In this document: piece after piece, positions 20,281-29,690 of the stretch
How positions within the stretch are numbered: position 1 is the first letter of the stretch
Layout of the letters: the number at the start of each line of letters is the position of its first letter
From: a virus
Taxonomy: Duplodnaviria > Heunggongvirae > Uroviricota > Caudoviricetes
Strand: one strand, 5' to 3'
IMG/VR virus record: IMGVR_UViG_3300020046_006452
Span: 21,296 to 85,295 of that record
Length of the DNA stretch: 64,000 nt
The notes under the pieces: model-generated
Told to the model about the DNA's origin: nothing
The model's database searches: none
What the model saw: only the letters and a program-made list of their open reading frames with translations
Position numbers and translations under genes: made by a program

Positions 20281-20592
20281 CTAAACGATCCTAGTCCTCC
20301 GAGTGCCAGGCATAGGTATGATCCTCTTAATCCTGTACCTCTCCACCAACTTCTTGTCATTTAGCTCCTCGATTGACAAGATGCGAGCTCGGTCCGATTT
20401 GGTTATGTTGTACTGGATATTGGTACCTTCGTAGAACACTGGCCCTCGGTAAGGTTGGTTGTCGATCCTACGCTGGCCAACAAACGATCTGAACCAGTTG
20501 GCTGTCACCCTATTCCACACCCCTGGAAGGTACTCAATCTCCAAGTTGGATGCTGTGTTAAACGGATGCTCCAGTTTGAGCAATCTCGACAT
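20281..20592 (-). CDS. hypothetical protein
   Basis: 103 aa ORF. Confidence 0.4.
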   Translation of the reverse strand: MSRLLKLEHPFNTASNLEIEYLPGVWNRVTANWFRSFVGQRRIDNQPYRGPVFYEGTNIQYNITKSDRARILSIEELNDKKLVERYRIKRIIPMPGTRRTRIV

Positions 20593-20710
20593 TGCTAAAG
20601 GCGGATGTTTTTAGCGGTGAAATCTTGGATTTGCCACGTTTTTTTGGCTTCACGGGTAGGAGACACCAGGTTGGAGCGATCGTCGCTTAAAACCAGGATT
20701 TTGGATCTAT

Positions 20711-20757
20711 AACCTGTTGATTCTCAGGGAGTTACCGTAATCACCTGAGAATCAAGG
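20711..20757 (-). terminator. 11-bp inverted repeat TTGATTCTCAG / CTGAGAATCAA with 16-nt loop at the 3' end of the metallopeptidase gene
   Basis: perfect stem seen directly; no U-tract. Confidence 0.3.
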
Positions 20758-21262
20758 AGTTAGTGCCGTGCAGTGCATGGAACACTTTAACATCCAAGTC
20801 TACTTGCTGAGGGGTAGCTCCAATCCAATCTAACACGTATGGTTTGATCCTCTCGGTCTTCAGATTGTAGAACAGCCTATTCTGAATGATGTGCATCCAA
20901 ACATAGCGCTTGGCATCCTCCTGATAGGCTAGGTCGACTATACCGTGGAATTTTTCAGCTCGTTTAATTGCCCACTGCTCAGCCACATACTCATCTAGAT
21001 AAGAGAACACTCGCTCTCCCATACTAATGTGTCCTATCTCATGCAAGCACACCATGAAGCTCCAAGTGTCAACTGGTATAGGGAGAAGTACCTGGCGAGT
21101 GTCTCGAAAGGCCTCATAACGACAGCTATCAGGATCCCATGGCATCCACTTACGCACTCGAACCCCTACTAGGTTGAGGTGCTCTCGGACATAGCCTACG
21201 TAGGGTTGTGTTGCTTCTGCTTGTTTTAGGAGTGCCTTAGTGCTCTTCATTGAAACAAACAT
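20741..21262 (-). CDS. putative zinc metallopeptidase (HExxH)
   Basis: 173 aa; MVCLHEIGHISMGE contains an HExxH motif. Confidence 0.45.
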   Translation of the reverse strand: MFVSMKSTKALLKQAEATQPYVGYVREHLNLVGVRVRKWMPWDPDSCRYEAFRDTRQVLLPIPVDTWSFMVCLHEIGHISMGERVFSYLDEYVAEQWAIKRAEKFHGIVDLAYQEDAKRYVWMHIIQNRLFYNLKTERIKPYVLDWIGATPQQVDLDVKVFHALHGTNSLILR

Positions 21263-21482
21263 AGCCCAGCCATTATGTTGGCTGCAACCCCAAACTTAAA
21301 CTGACTTCGAGCGGACAGACCAGATCATTGAAAGCATGCCGAGTACCGATCCAGTGATGATGGTCCAGTTGGACTCATCGATCGTACCCTTAGCTACTAG
21401 AATTGTTCCTACGATGGTCAGTCCGTGGCGGACTAGACCTACCCACTGCTCATATGATAGACTTTTCATGTTGGTGCTGTTG

Positions 21483-22598
21483 TTAGATTAGAGTTAATGA
21501 TACCTTGGATCCTAGATCCTTAACTATGGCTGTGGCATCTGAAAAGCAAAGTACAATTGTCTTTGCTTTGGCCACTTGATGGCTATCAAGTTGGTGCTGT
21601 ACGTTGGTGGAGCGCTTTGCAGGGTCGATTACGTAAAGCTCTCCCGTTAGCTCCATATCCATACCTCGTTCAAGGCTCTCTAGAAATTCTATCAGGCTAT
21701 CGCTTTCGTTAGCTGCTTCGAGTGCATTGAGAGGATCTCCTCCTGGCTCACCATTTGCAGCTTCATCACGATCTAAAACAAAGGACGCTACATCAGCATC
21801 TTGTGCAAGTCCAATCACCATATACTCCCCCTTAGTGAAAGACAGTCCCTTAAGGTTGTACCCTAACTTTCGAAGTTGAGTGGAAGGTCTGACTGAGGCA
21901 ATAAAGCCAGATAGGGCCGACTCAGCAAAGGCCTTAGATTGAGCCTCCTGTGTGGTTATTGCAATTGGAAGTGAGTAGTCTTCTCCTTTGATCCAAGAGA
22001 TGGGAAGTAAGCCTCCGTACCAGGTTGAGATTGAGGGAAGGTAGTTAGTCCACAGACCGTAGCTTCCCTTAAACAGTATAGTGTCACTATACAAAGTCCC
22101 CTCCTTCTCTAGTACTGCTTTGTAGATCAGCTTGCCATATCCCTTACCGCGGAACTGATCAGCGACTCCAGACCAGTGCACCTCTAAGGCTGGAAGGTTG
22201 AAGGCTGTGCTAGGACTGTAACCCATGCCTAGCGATCGCCTATCACCCTCTAAGGTTGCAATCACTAAATCCTTGATCACAGTAGCGTTGAAGTTGAGTA
22301 GGTAGTAGAATGGTCTATCGTATAGTTGATTAGACCACAAGTGTAGTCCTGGCTGCCCATCAACAGGCTCAGCTTGAGCCTTCAACTGTTCAATTGGTAG
22401 CTCTACAGACGGTAGTACACCAATCGCCCTAGCACGGGCATCACCCTCAAGACCTCGAACGTAGAGAGATGGTTTGATATCAAACCCCAACTTATCGAGG
22501 CGGCTAACAAAACTTCCCACATCAACTACCGTATCCTTTGTGCCGGCGTGTCCGGAACCTAAGGTTATCTCACCAATCAGACTCTTCAGTTTGATCAT
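21483..22598 (-). CDS. GNAT-family N-acetyltransferase domain protein
   Basis: 371 aa; FRGKGYGKLIYKAVLE matches the GNAT acetyl-CoA motif (R/Q)xxGxG/A. Confidence 0.5.
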   Translation of the reverse strand: MIKLKSLIGEITLGSGHAGTKDTVVDVGSFVSRLDKLGFDIKPSLYVRGLEGDARARAIGVLPSVELPIEQLKAQAEPVDGQPGLHLWSNQLYDRPFYYLLNFNATVIKDLVIATLEGDRRSLGMGYSPSTAFNLPALEVHWSGVADQFRGKGYGKLIYKAVLEKEGTLYSDTILFKGSYGLWTNYLPSISTWYGGLLPISWIKGEDYSLPIAITTQEAQSKAFAESALSGFIASVRPSTQLRKLGYNLKGLSFTKGEYMVIGLAQDADVASFVLDRDEAANGEPGGDPLNALEAANESDSLIEFLESLERGMDMELTGELYVIDPAKRSTNVQHQLDSHQVAKAKTIVLCFSDATAIVKDLGSKVSLTLI

Positions 22599-23209
22599 CG
22601 CCTTAGGTATAATTCCTGGTCCAACCTAGTTTGATAGCGAGAGGGATACAGTCTGACAAAGTCGACAAAGCTCCTATACTCAGGATCAAATTCGTTAGCT
22701 ATGTTGATGTACTTCCAGTCTGGATAGGCAACTAAGTGTAGGTTGGCTTTTGCCCTTTGAGGATCACTCATCGAAGTTAGAAAGATAGTACCCTTACTAA
22801 AGACATCCACAGTATAGTACTTCAAGTCTACGAAGAACACCTCACTACTGTCGTTAACCTTATATAGCAGAGCCATGTCGGACCCTAGTTTGTCAATCAA
22901 CGAGTCATTGTACTTGTTGGTTCTTGCCAACTCCACTCTACAGTCTTCGAAGTTCTGCAACAGGTTGAAGTGATTGACCTTAAGGCGATCGTACTTCTGC
23001 TTGAGCTCTTTGATGTAGTTAGCCTGGACCTGCAACCCTCGATTGAGTTGATCCGCCTGGCCCTTAGTCATGATGACCAAGGTATCACCTTGTTCAATTA
23101 TCTTCTGTACCGGGTAGCTCGACTGGCTCCATCCGGTAAGGGATAGTATTGTAAGGGCTAATAATACTATTGCGCTTCTCATATTCAAGTTGTTGCTTGG
23201 TGCTATCAA
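22595..23209 (-). CDS. secreted protein (signal peptide)
   Basis: 204 aa; MRSAIVLLALTILSLTGWSQS. Confidence 0.4.
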   Translation of the reverse strand: MIAPSNNLNMRSAIVLLALTILSLTGWSQSSYPVQKIIEQGDTLVIMTKGQADQLNRGLQVQANYIKELKQKYDRLKVNHFNLLQNFEDCRVELARTNKYNDSLIDKLGSDMALLYKVNDSSEVFFVDLKYYTVDVFSKGTIFLTSMSDPQRAKANLHLVAYPDWKYINIANEFDPEYRSFVDFVRLYPSRYQTRLDQELYLRR

Positions 23210-23483
23210 GCTGATCGGTCATAGTTTGCACAAGGAGCTCCTTAGCTGCTGATTCCTTGGCTAGGGAGTCGATGGTTTGAGTGTCAGTTGTGTCAATTAC
23301 CTGCTGCAGCTTAGCAACCTGGTACTTGAGGCTGTCATTCTGCTCAACTAGGATGATGTTGTTGACGACTACATCGACGTGCCTGATCCCCGTATCAACA
23401 ATACCCAGTACAACCAAGCCGATGAATACGATCACAGCTGCTAGTAGTACTTTAGTGTTGACTAACTTACTAGGTAGCATCAT
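23094..23483 (-). CDS. membrane-anchored coiled-coil protein
   Basis: 129 aa; overlaps downstream ORF. Confidence 0.35.
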   Translation of the reverse strand: MMLPSKLVNTKVLLAAVIVFIGLVVLGIVDTGIRHVDVVVNNIILVEQNDSLKYQVAKLQQVIDTTDTQTIDSLAKESAAKELLVQTMTDQLDSTKQQLEYEKRNSIISPYNTIPYRMEPVELPGTEDN

Positions 23484-23746
23484 CGCTTAGAGTTAAGAGT
23501 TTCCCTCAGGTTGTTTAGAGCTTCGGTGTTGTTGTTGAGAGCGGTAGTAACCCTATCCCTATCATCCTTGATGTAGTTGGTTAGCTCCTTTTGTAGCTCA
23601 TCAGCATGCAACCACACTCGATCATCCAATGCCAAAGCACGACGTAGTAGGTACCACACCACGAAGCCTAACGCTAGGGTAACTAGACCAAGTACACCAT
23701 ACTCGGCTAGGTGTTCAAATACTCCTACGTCGACTTGCAATAGCAT
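23480..23746 (-). CDS. small membrane protein
   Basis: 88 aa with TM helix. Confidence 0.35.
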   Translation of the reverse strand: MLLQVDVGVFEHLAEYGVLGLVTLALGFVVWYLLRRALALDDRVWLHADELQKELTNYIKDDRDRVTTALNNNTEALNNLRETLNSKR

Positions 23747-23748
23747 TA

Positions 23749-24174
23749 CTACTGTTGGGTTGAAGGTGTTTTGGACTTCTCACGAACGAACTGTCTGCTC
23801 TGATAGTATTTGCTTTTACCTTTTTCAGCAGCGGTGGGGTCTTGTGAAGGCACCAGTGATGACCCAGTAGGCTGATCATCAGGAGCTTCAACCTGATCGA
23901 AGGCTGCAGCACGGGCCTCTTCCATATCGGAAGTGATCACCACAATTTCTTCAGGCTTCAACCCACCTCGGATCTGATTGGCAAATCCAATTGGATCAAC
24001 CTTGAAGAAGATGTCACCTATCTCAGAATTTGGAGATGCCTTAGTCACTACGTAAAAGTAGACATCATTAGTTACCCTAAGGCGGGCAGCTGACCCTGGA
24101 CCCTTGGTCATATCACCCAACTCATGTTGCTCCTTGAGCTTAGCTTTTGGGGCTAGAAGGCTCTTCAATTTCAT
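23749..24174 (-). CDS. hypothetical protein
   Basis: 141 aa. Confidence 0.4.
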   Translation of the reverse strand: MKLKSLLAPKAKLKEQHELGDMTKGPGSAARLRVTNDVYFYVVTKASPNSEIGDIFFKVDPIGFANQIRGGLKPEEIVVITSDMEEARAAAFDQVEAPDDQPTGSSLVPSQDPTAAEKGKSKYYQSRQFVREKSKTPSTQQ

Positions 24175-24659
24175 CGCTTAATCTGGTTAGAGGTTGGTGC
24201 GGGTGGTAGGTTGGGGGCTAGAGGTTGTGTGTTTGTACCACTCAACCATGCTTTCAGTTTTTCAGGAGTGACATTGATGATTCGCTTTGTATCCAATTGG
24301 TCTGGACTTGATACTACTCGACTTCTCATATCGGTGTGAGGCTCTCCTGTTAGCTTGTAGGCTGCACCGCTTCCTCCTGCCTGTGAGATGACGTAAGCGG
24401 GTTGTCCATCCCAGTTATCTGACATATCAACTAGTACATTTGCAGGACCTTCTAAGTTGTTGTTAACATAGTCCTGTAAGGCTTTAACCAAGCCTCTAGA
24501 GTCTTTAGTACCATCATCAAAGCTGGTCTCCTCTTTCAACTTAGTCCACTCCTCCCTGATCAAGGTTCTGAGTATCTTACCGGTCAACTTTGTCATGTTA
24601 GTAGCGTGGAGTGGTTGTACATTGGTAATAAGTAGTGCACACCTCAATGAAGTGCACAC
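24171..24659 (-). CDS. hypothetical protein
   Basis: 162 aa. Confidence 0.4.
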   Translation of the reverse strand: MCTSLRCALLITNVQPLHATNMTKLTGKILRTLIREEWTKLKEETSFDDGTKDSRGLVKALQDYVNNNLEGPANVLVDMSDNWDGQPAYVISQAGGSGAAYKLTGEPHTDMRSRVVSSPDQLDTKRIINVTPEKLKAWLSGTNTQPLAPNLPPAPTSNQIKR

Positions 24660-24680
24660 TACAATCTTGAGCGGAGGGAG

Positions 24681-24947
24681 TTAAAACAACTCAGCCGACA
24701 GGCCCTGCAGGAACTTCAAACCCTTCTCAAACTTCTCCAGCTTGGCGAACTGATCAGCCAATTCTTGTGGGTTGAGTGGAAAGGTAGCTTTCATCGACTC
24801 CAATTCCTGCTTGGCCTCCTCGATAGCAGATTGAGTCTCCAAGATTGTGGACTCCAACTGCAATTTGGTTTTTGCAGCCTGGTACGTAAACTGCTTGAGC
24901 TGTTCCTTCTCCGTTCCTTGTGCCTTCAGTAGATCGAGATACTTCAT
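24681..24947 (-). CDS. coiled-coil protein
   Basis: 88 aa, convincing heptad pattern; overlaps 3' end of the next ORF in another frame. Confidence 0.4.
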   Translation of the reverse strand: MKYLDLLKAQGTEKEQLKQFTYQAAKTKLQLESTILETQSAIEEAKQELESMKATFPLNPQELADQFAKLEKFEKGLKFLQGLSAELF

Positions 24948-25758
24948 TGTTGTTGTTTGTTGTTTGTTGTTTGATAGTTAGGATGGCCTTAATCAGGTTG
25001 GGTAGGGTCTGTCCCGGAAGGCCTTCTGTAAATTGGTATAGGAGGCTTCTTGGGGGATTAGGATAGTAGCTTAGCTGTAGAGCAATCACCCCATCTAGAG
25101 ACCGGTCATAAGTTTGCCCACCTCGTCTTAATTGTACTATAGTCCCATAGTTCTGCCGACGAACATAACCAACCACACCTACACGACTGCAAGCTAAGTC
25201 GTATACGAGGTCACCCCTTTGATACTCACTCGGCGTTGGCCTGAAGAAGCACATTAACTTATCAAGGTCCTCGATCCGTGTGAGATCAATTTGAGCTTGG
25301 ATAGGAGGGATGGACAGAACTTGGCAACCTTGCTCATAGGAGATCACCGTGCAGGTAGATGGTAGGTCCTTCTTATGACAAAACGCTAACCCTTCCCGCT
25401 CTCTGTAGTATAGTACTATATTACCAACATTGGTGTCCTTGGAGGTTTTACAAATGTACTCTAGGAATCTCTCCAACACAGGAGTGGTTGGGTCAGAGTG
25501 TGTGTGAGGACTCTCCAACCTCGCTACTGGCCAGCCATGTTGTAGGGCAAGTGTGAGTAGCGTATGAGCTCTTGTCCTGAGTTCAGGATTGTACATTGCA
25601 ACATGCTCTGCTGGGTCCCACAACTGGATCACGGATCCTGGTCCAAAGTTAGATCTTATTCTTATCACAGGCGGGTGCACGATATGGGTTGGACACCTAT
25701 GATCATCGCCGTTCGGCGTGAAGCAGTTCGGGCAGTATGTAGCTAACTCAGGCATCAA
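24754..25758 (-). CDS. hypothetical protein with N-terminal Cys/His zinc-binding motif
   Basis: 334 aa; CPNCFTPNGDDHRCPTH; the last ~60 codons are low-complexity and overlap the 88-aa ORF. Confidence 0.4.
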   Translation of the reverse strand: MMPELATYCPNCFTPNGDDHRCPTHIVHPPVIRIRSNFGPGSVIQLWDPAEHVAMYNPELRTRAHTLLTLALQHGWPVARLESPHTHSDPTTPVLERFLEYICKTSKDTNVGNIVLYYREREGLAFCHKKDLPSTCTVISYEQGCQVLSIPPIQAQIDLTRIEDLDKLMCFFRPTPSEYQRGDLVYDLACSRVGVVGYVRRQNYGTIVQLRRGGQTYDRSLDGVIALQLSYYPNPPRSLLYQFTEGLPGQTLPNLIKAILTIKQQTTNNNNEVSRSTEGTRNGEGTAQAVYVPGCKNQIAVGVHNLGDSICYRGGQAGIGVDESYLSTQPTRIG

Positions 25759-25783
25759 TCAAATATAAGCAATCCAGATAGAA

Positions 25784-25999
25784 CTAAGCAACAGCCTCTT
25801 TAGGCCTCCACCAGCACCACGACTTAGTCATTCCACTATTAGTCAACTGCAGCAGCATACGCTTGTTGCACTTAGAGCACACTCGTTCCTGATCACGATC
25901 CCCATACACCCAATCATGCCCCAGCCAGCAACGCCAGTAGTGAAGTAGCATAATCTCGCAGCCATCTCCGATCGGGAGTATCAGTCCGCGCTCTTTCAT
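25784..25999 (-). CDS. small Cys-rich protein
   Basis: 71 aa. Confidence 0.3.
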   Translation of the reverse strand: MKERGLILPIGDGCEIMLLHYWRCWLGHDWVYGDRDQERVCSKCNKRMLLQLTNSGMTKSWCWWRPKEAVA

Positions 26000-26209
26000 T
26001 TGTTAGGGCTTAGCGTACACATACACAGTATCCACTTGGTTGTCTCTTATGATCAACTCAATCGAAGGCTCAATTGGTTGCTCCACCCTTATAGTACCAT
26101 CTTGGCCAGTTAATCTATCATAGGCCTCGTTGATGCCAAACATAAGCAAGGCACCAACTAATACTAGAAACAAGATTAGAGGACCAAAGTTAAAGTCTAG
26201 TTGCATTGC

Positions 26210-26431
26210 TTAGTCATTGTTCATTTCATGTTCCATCCCAATCATCCAATCAGGGCCTTCCATCGAATCAGCAAGACAATCAAACACTAGCTTGACATTG
26301 ATGTCCAGTATGTTGTTGTCGGTGAGCCAAATGATGTACGAAGGGTCTTGGTCAGCAATGTCATCTAGAGTCTGGCCCTTGTACTTGCCAAACGTCATAA
26401 CGTGATTGCTCTTTAGCTTGGGTTGACTCAT
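26210..26431 (-). CDS. hypothetical protein
   Basis: 73 aa. Confidence 0.35.
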   Translation of the reverse strand: MSQPKLKSNHVMTFGKYKGQTLDDIADQDPSYIIWLTDNNILDINVKLVFDCLADSMEGPDWMIGMEHEMNND

Positions 26432-26614
26432 CTACTGAATATGTTATAGCCGTTCCACAAGATAGCAAACACTACAAGCCCAAATCCAACCAGGATCATA
26501 GTAGTACTTTGGCGATCTCCTATCGTGAAGCATCTGTACCAATGAGAGAGGTGGTACTCACTCTTCTTCAAGAACAGTCTATCGACCCATCCGTGATCTT
26601 GCAAGTAGCTCATC

Positions 26615-26878
26615 TTACAGAGAGTCTTTTTTTTGAGTACTACCAAACACAAACTTACAAGAGTCCCCAGGTTGAATATCACAAGGGCAGGCTACACTCA
26701 CCTTGGCCGTACTACCATCCTGCATCCTCATTGAGACCCCACAATAACACTGTCCGCCGTACCCCATCCTATTAGAGTACACCCAGCCTGATGTATAGCC
26801 ATTGATCTCAAAGATCTCACATGACGTAATACAAAGCATCATTAGTACTACAGCAGAGGTTGTTATCGCTTTTCTCAT
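26615..26878 (-). CDS. Cys-rich lipoprotein/secreted protein
   Basis: 87 aa; signal peptide with LCITSC lipobox-like. Confidence 0.35.
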   Translation of the reverse strand: MRKAITTSAVVLMMLCITSCEIFEINGYTSGWVYSNRMGYGGQCYCGVSMRMQDGSTAKVSVACPCDIQPGDSCKFVFGSTQKKDSL

Positions 26879-27104
26879 AGTGTGACAAACATAACCCTTC
26901 TAATGCGTACCAACCAACTCTTCGGGCAGGGGGTAAGAGAGGCTAGTGAGGGAGGAGGAGGACTATGGGAGGGGAGGGCAGACACCCACGCAGTGGGGCC
27001 CAGAGTGTATGGTCTCTATACAAGAAAAAAATGGCATCGGAAAGAAAATAGGCCTCACCCGCCCTCCATACAGCCCTACCCCATGCATTTTCACGTATCT
27101 ATCA

Positions 27105-27201
27105 GGGGGGTACCCCCCCCTATATCCCCCCTAAAAACACGCTAAAACAGGGGGGGACCCCCCCGCGATAACACCCCCTATTAACAGGGGGGGGGCCCCC
27201 C
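27105..27201. repeat. three G(6-9)/C(6-8) homopolymer palindromes spaced about 40 bp apart in a 360-bp intergenic region
   Basis: GGGGGGTACCCCCCCC (27105-27120), GGGGGGGACCCCCCC (27150-27164), GGGGGGGGGCCCCCC (27187-27201); C5-7 runs between. Confidence 0.6.
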
Positions 27202-27239
27202 TGCTAGGAAGCCCCCCTCATACCCCCTCTGTTACCCCT

Positions 27240-29546
27240 CTATGCCTGGTGGGAAGACATCAGCATGGCATTCAAGGTAGTGGCAATCTGAGTTACGTTC
27301 TTAGTATCAATTGCCTTGGCACCACTACCATACATCTGAGTGAATGCACTTGAGCACTTCAGTGGTTCATTGTTGTAGGACTCCCTGATGAAGTAGCTAA
27401 GGGTCTTAATACCCAGGGCACCAATCCGCTCTACTTGCTTGCGGGTGTGATGCACTGCTACATTACCATAGTAGTTCATTGGGCCTGCAGGTTCACCATC
27501 AGAGAGGTTGATGAAGTAGCTGTCCAGTGTAGGTGACCCCGGGGTCAAGTGCTTGCCAGTAATCAGAGCATCGAAGCACAATCCCTCTGGTGTGCCTCCA
27601 TCTGGGCTAATGCACCCCAGGGTGGACACCAGGTGGTGGAACTTGTTGCGGCGGCTATCGTAGATGATCATGGTCCTTACTTGCTCGTTGAGGTTCTTGC
27701 GGACATCTACCGACACTGAGATCTTCTGAGCCTTGGAAGCTGCCTTGGCAATTGCAATGGTCATCTTGATGGTCTCGATCCAACGTGATCCACTCATTGA
27801 CCCCGATGCATCCAGTGAGAGGTGAATGTGTGAAGGCTTGCACTGTACGATGTTAGTCTGTGAGAAGATACTCTCAATCCCATACCCTACGTGTGGGATC
27901 CTACGAGGATCAACCTTACCGCTCCTCAGCCTGTTGGTAACTGTTACCCGCTGTTCGGCATGTTGCACCAGCTTACGGCTCAGCAGACCACCCAGCTCAA
28001 TCCCCTGAGTGATTGCTGCAGTGTAGCGACTAAGCCCTACTGCATAGAAGTCTTCACGATTGACACCAAAGTTGTTGGCCTCAGCCAGCTGCTTGTCAAT
28101 CTCGTGCCGCTGATCAGTGGTAGCGTTGACCTTAGCTTGAGCGAGTTTGATGTAGTTCAGTACGTTGGCACTGGTGTAGTCTTGCACAACAGCAACTACC
28201 CCATTGAACTGAGTGGTCTGTAGTTCGAGGTCCTGGGTGGAAAGGCTCTCCAGCTGCTTCTGCATATTCTTCTTAGCCTCCTTCTTCATCCCCTTTCCGT
28301 TGAGGAAGTTGCGCTGTGCATCAAGAGCCCTACGCGCCGCATCCGCTGCCGCAGAAGAGGTGTCCGCAGGTGTGGGTTGATCTTGTGCTGTATCTTGCTC
28401 TTGCTGCTCCTCGGTGTCTTGCTCTTCCAGCTCCTCCTCTTGCTGCTGGCCGAACAAGCTGTTGATCTCCATCTGCTTGCGCATGTTGTCCAACTGCTGC
28501 TCAGTGGGTTGTGGCAGCTCTGGTTGCTCCTCCTCAGGCTCATCCCGATCTTCTTCCTCCTCTTGATCGGCCTCCGGTGGTACACTGGTACCAATGGTAG
28601 GCAGTGGATCTTCACCCCCCAAGAACGAAGGTGGGGGTGGAATGATTGGGTCTTCTACATCCTTCAGCGCTGGTGGTATAGCAGCAGCATTAGCCAGGAT
28701 CACCTCCATCACTTGCAAGGTAGTCTCGATGGTATCCTCAACACTAGTCCAGCGCTGGGGGTTGTTGAGGTCAATTGCTGCGTACACCTCCTTCAGCCCC
28801 TTGAGAGCATTGAGGTCAATAGCTGGGCTGAGGAAGTTGTAGATGTGGAACTCCCAGCTGTACAGGTTACTAGAGTCGCGGTAACGGCTACTACGGATCC
28901 CTCGGATCACATCCTTGGTGTTCCAATAGTGATCGTACAGCTTGTGGTAGTAAGCCTTGTATCCTGGGGAGGTGGAGAACACAAAGTGGTCAATCCTCCG
29001 GTCTTCAATCCAGTTGTGGATATCGTGGATGAAGTGTGTAGCCGACCACACACTAGTAGCAAAGTGCTTGTCAATCTTGATGGCCATCTCCTTGACCTTG
29101 TCGGCCAGGGGAGTCATTGCAAAGGGCTTAGGCTTGAATGTACTGTTGAGTACCTCAAAGTCAGTCAGCAATACGTGTGAAGCTTCGTGCAAGGCCAAGC
29201 CCACCACCACATCGAAGTTCTTGGCACTGATGTCGGAGCTCAAGCAAATGGCCTTACCGTTGGTGAAAGACTGATCACCATACCACACTACCGGTATGTC
29301 CTTCTTGGAGATGATCTTGACAAAGTTGACCACTGCCTTACGGTAGGCATTCAGTTTGATCAGCTCAACTAGGCTGGCACCCTTCTTACCGTACGATCGT
29401 TCAGGCAATGAGGTACCCCAATCATCCTTGTCCATCCAGAACGAAGAGAAGCTTCGATCATCCTTCAGCCCCCTCACAGCCTTGCTACGGGTCCTGGACT
29501 CGATCAGCTTGCGGAGGTCTGCGGTATTTGAGTTTGTGGTCGTCAT
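27240..29546 (-). CDS. CobT-like von Willebrand factor A (vWA) domain protein with acidic linker; N-terminal region carries an HExxH motif
   Basis: MIDAS motif LSLDASGSMSG; ~90-aa D/E-rich linker; VVGLALHEASHVL; ATG at 29546 preferred over the TTG start (29582) in the ORF track. Confidence 0.6.
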   Translation of the reverse strand: MTTTNSNTADLRKLIESRTRSKAVRGLKDDRSFSSFWMDKDDWGTSLPERSYGKKGASLVELIKLNAYRKAVVNFVKIISKKDIPVVWYGDQSFTNGKAICLSSDISAKNFDVVVGLALHEASHVLLTDFEVLNSTFKPKPFAMTPLADKVKEMAIKIDKHFATSVWSATHFIHDIHNWIEDRRIDHFVFSTSPGYKAYYHKLYDHYWNTKDVIRGIRSSRYRDSSNLYSWEFHIYNFLSPAIDLNALKGLKEVYAAIDLNNPQRWTSVEDTIETTLQVMEVILANAAAIPPALKDVEDPIIPPPPSFLGGEDPLPTIGTSVPPEADQEEEEDRDEPEEEQPELPQPTEQQLDNMRKQMEINSLFGQQQEEELEEQDTEEQQEQDTAQDQPTPADTSSAAADAARRALDAQRNFLNGKGMKKEAKKNMQKQLESLSTQDLELQTTQFNGVVAVVQDYTSANVLNYIKLAQAKVNATTDQRHEIDKQLAEANNFGVNREDFYAVGLSRYTAAITQGIELGGLLSRKLVQHAEQRVTVTNRLRSGKVDPRRIPHVGYGIESIFSQTNIVQCKPSHIHLSLDASGSMSGSRWIETIKMTIAIAKAASKAQKISVSVDVRKNLNEQVRTMIIYDSRRNKFHHLVSTLGCISPDGGTPEGLCFDALITGKHLTPGSPTLDSYFINLSDGEPAGPMNYYGNVAVHHTRKQVERIGALGIKTLSYFIRESYNNEPLKCSSAFTQMYGSGAKAIDTKNVTQIATTLNAMLMSSHQA

Positions 29547-29574
29547 GCTTGGTATAGAGCTCGTGCTTTTTGTG

Positions 29575-29690
29575 TAGGGCAAAGGTCCCCCTTCTTGGAG
29601 GCTTGGGCAACAGTAAGTTATGAACCGATAGCTAACTCCCTGAGGCTCAGGGGGAATAAAGTTAATCCGCTGAGCCTCAGTAAGTTAGTC
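29575..29690 (-). promoter_or_regulatory. early promoter/operator cassette upstream of the vWA gene: GGTTCATAAC element, -33 TGTTG, -7 TAnnTTTG-like box, two CTGAG-N-CTCAG palindromes
   Basis: minus-strand read: CCCTGAGCCTCAG ... CCCTGAGGCTCAGGG ... GGTTCATAACTTACTGTTGCC-N19-GGACCTTTGCCC ... ATG. Confidence 0.5.
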
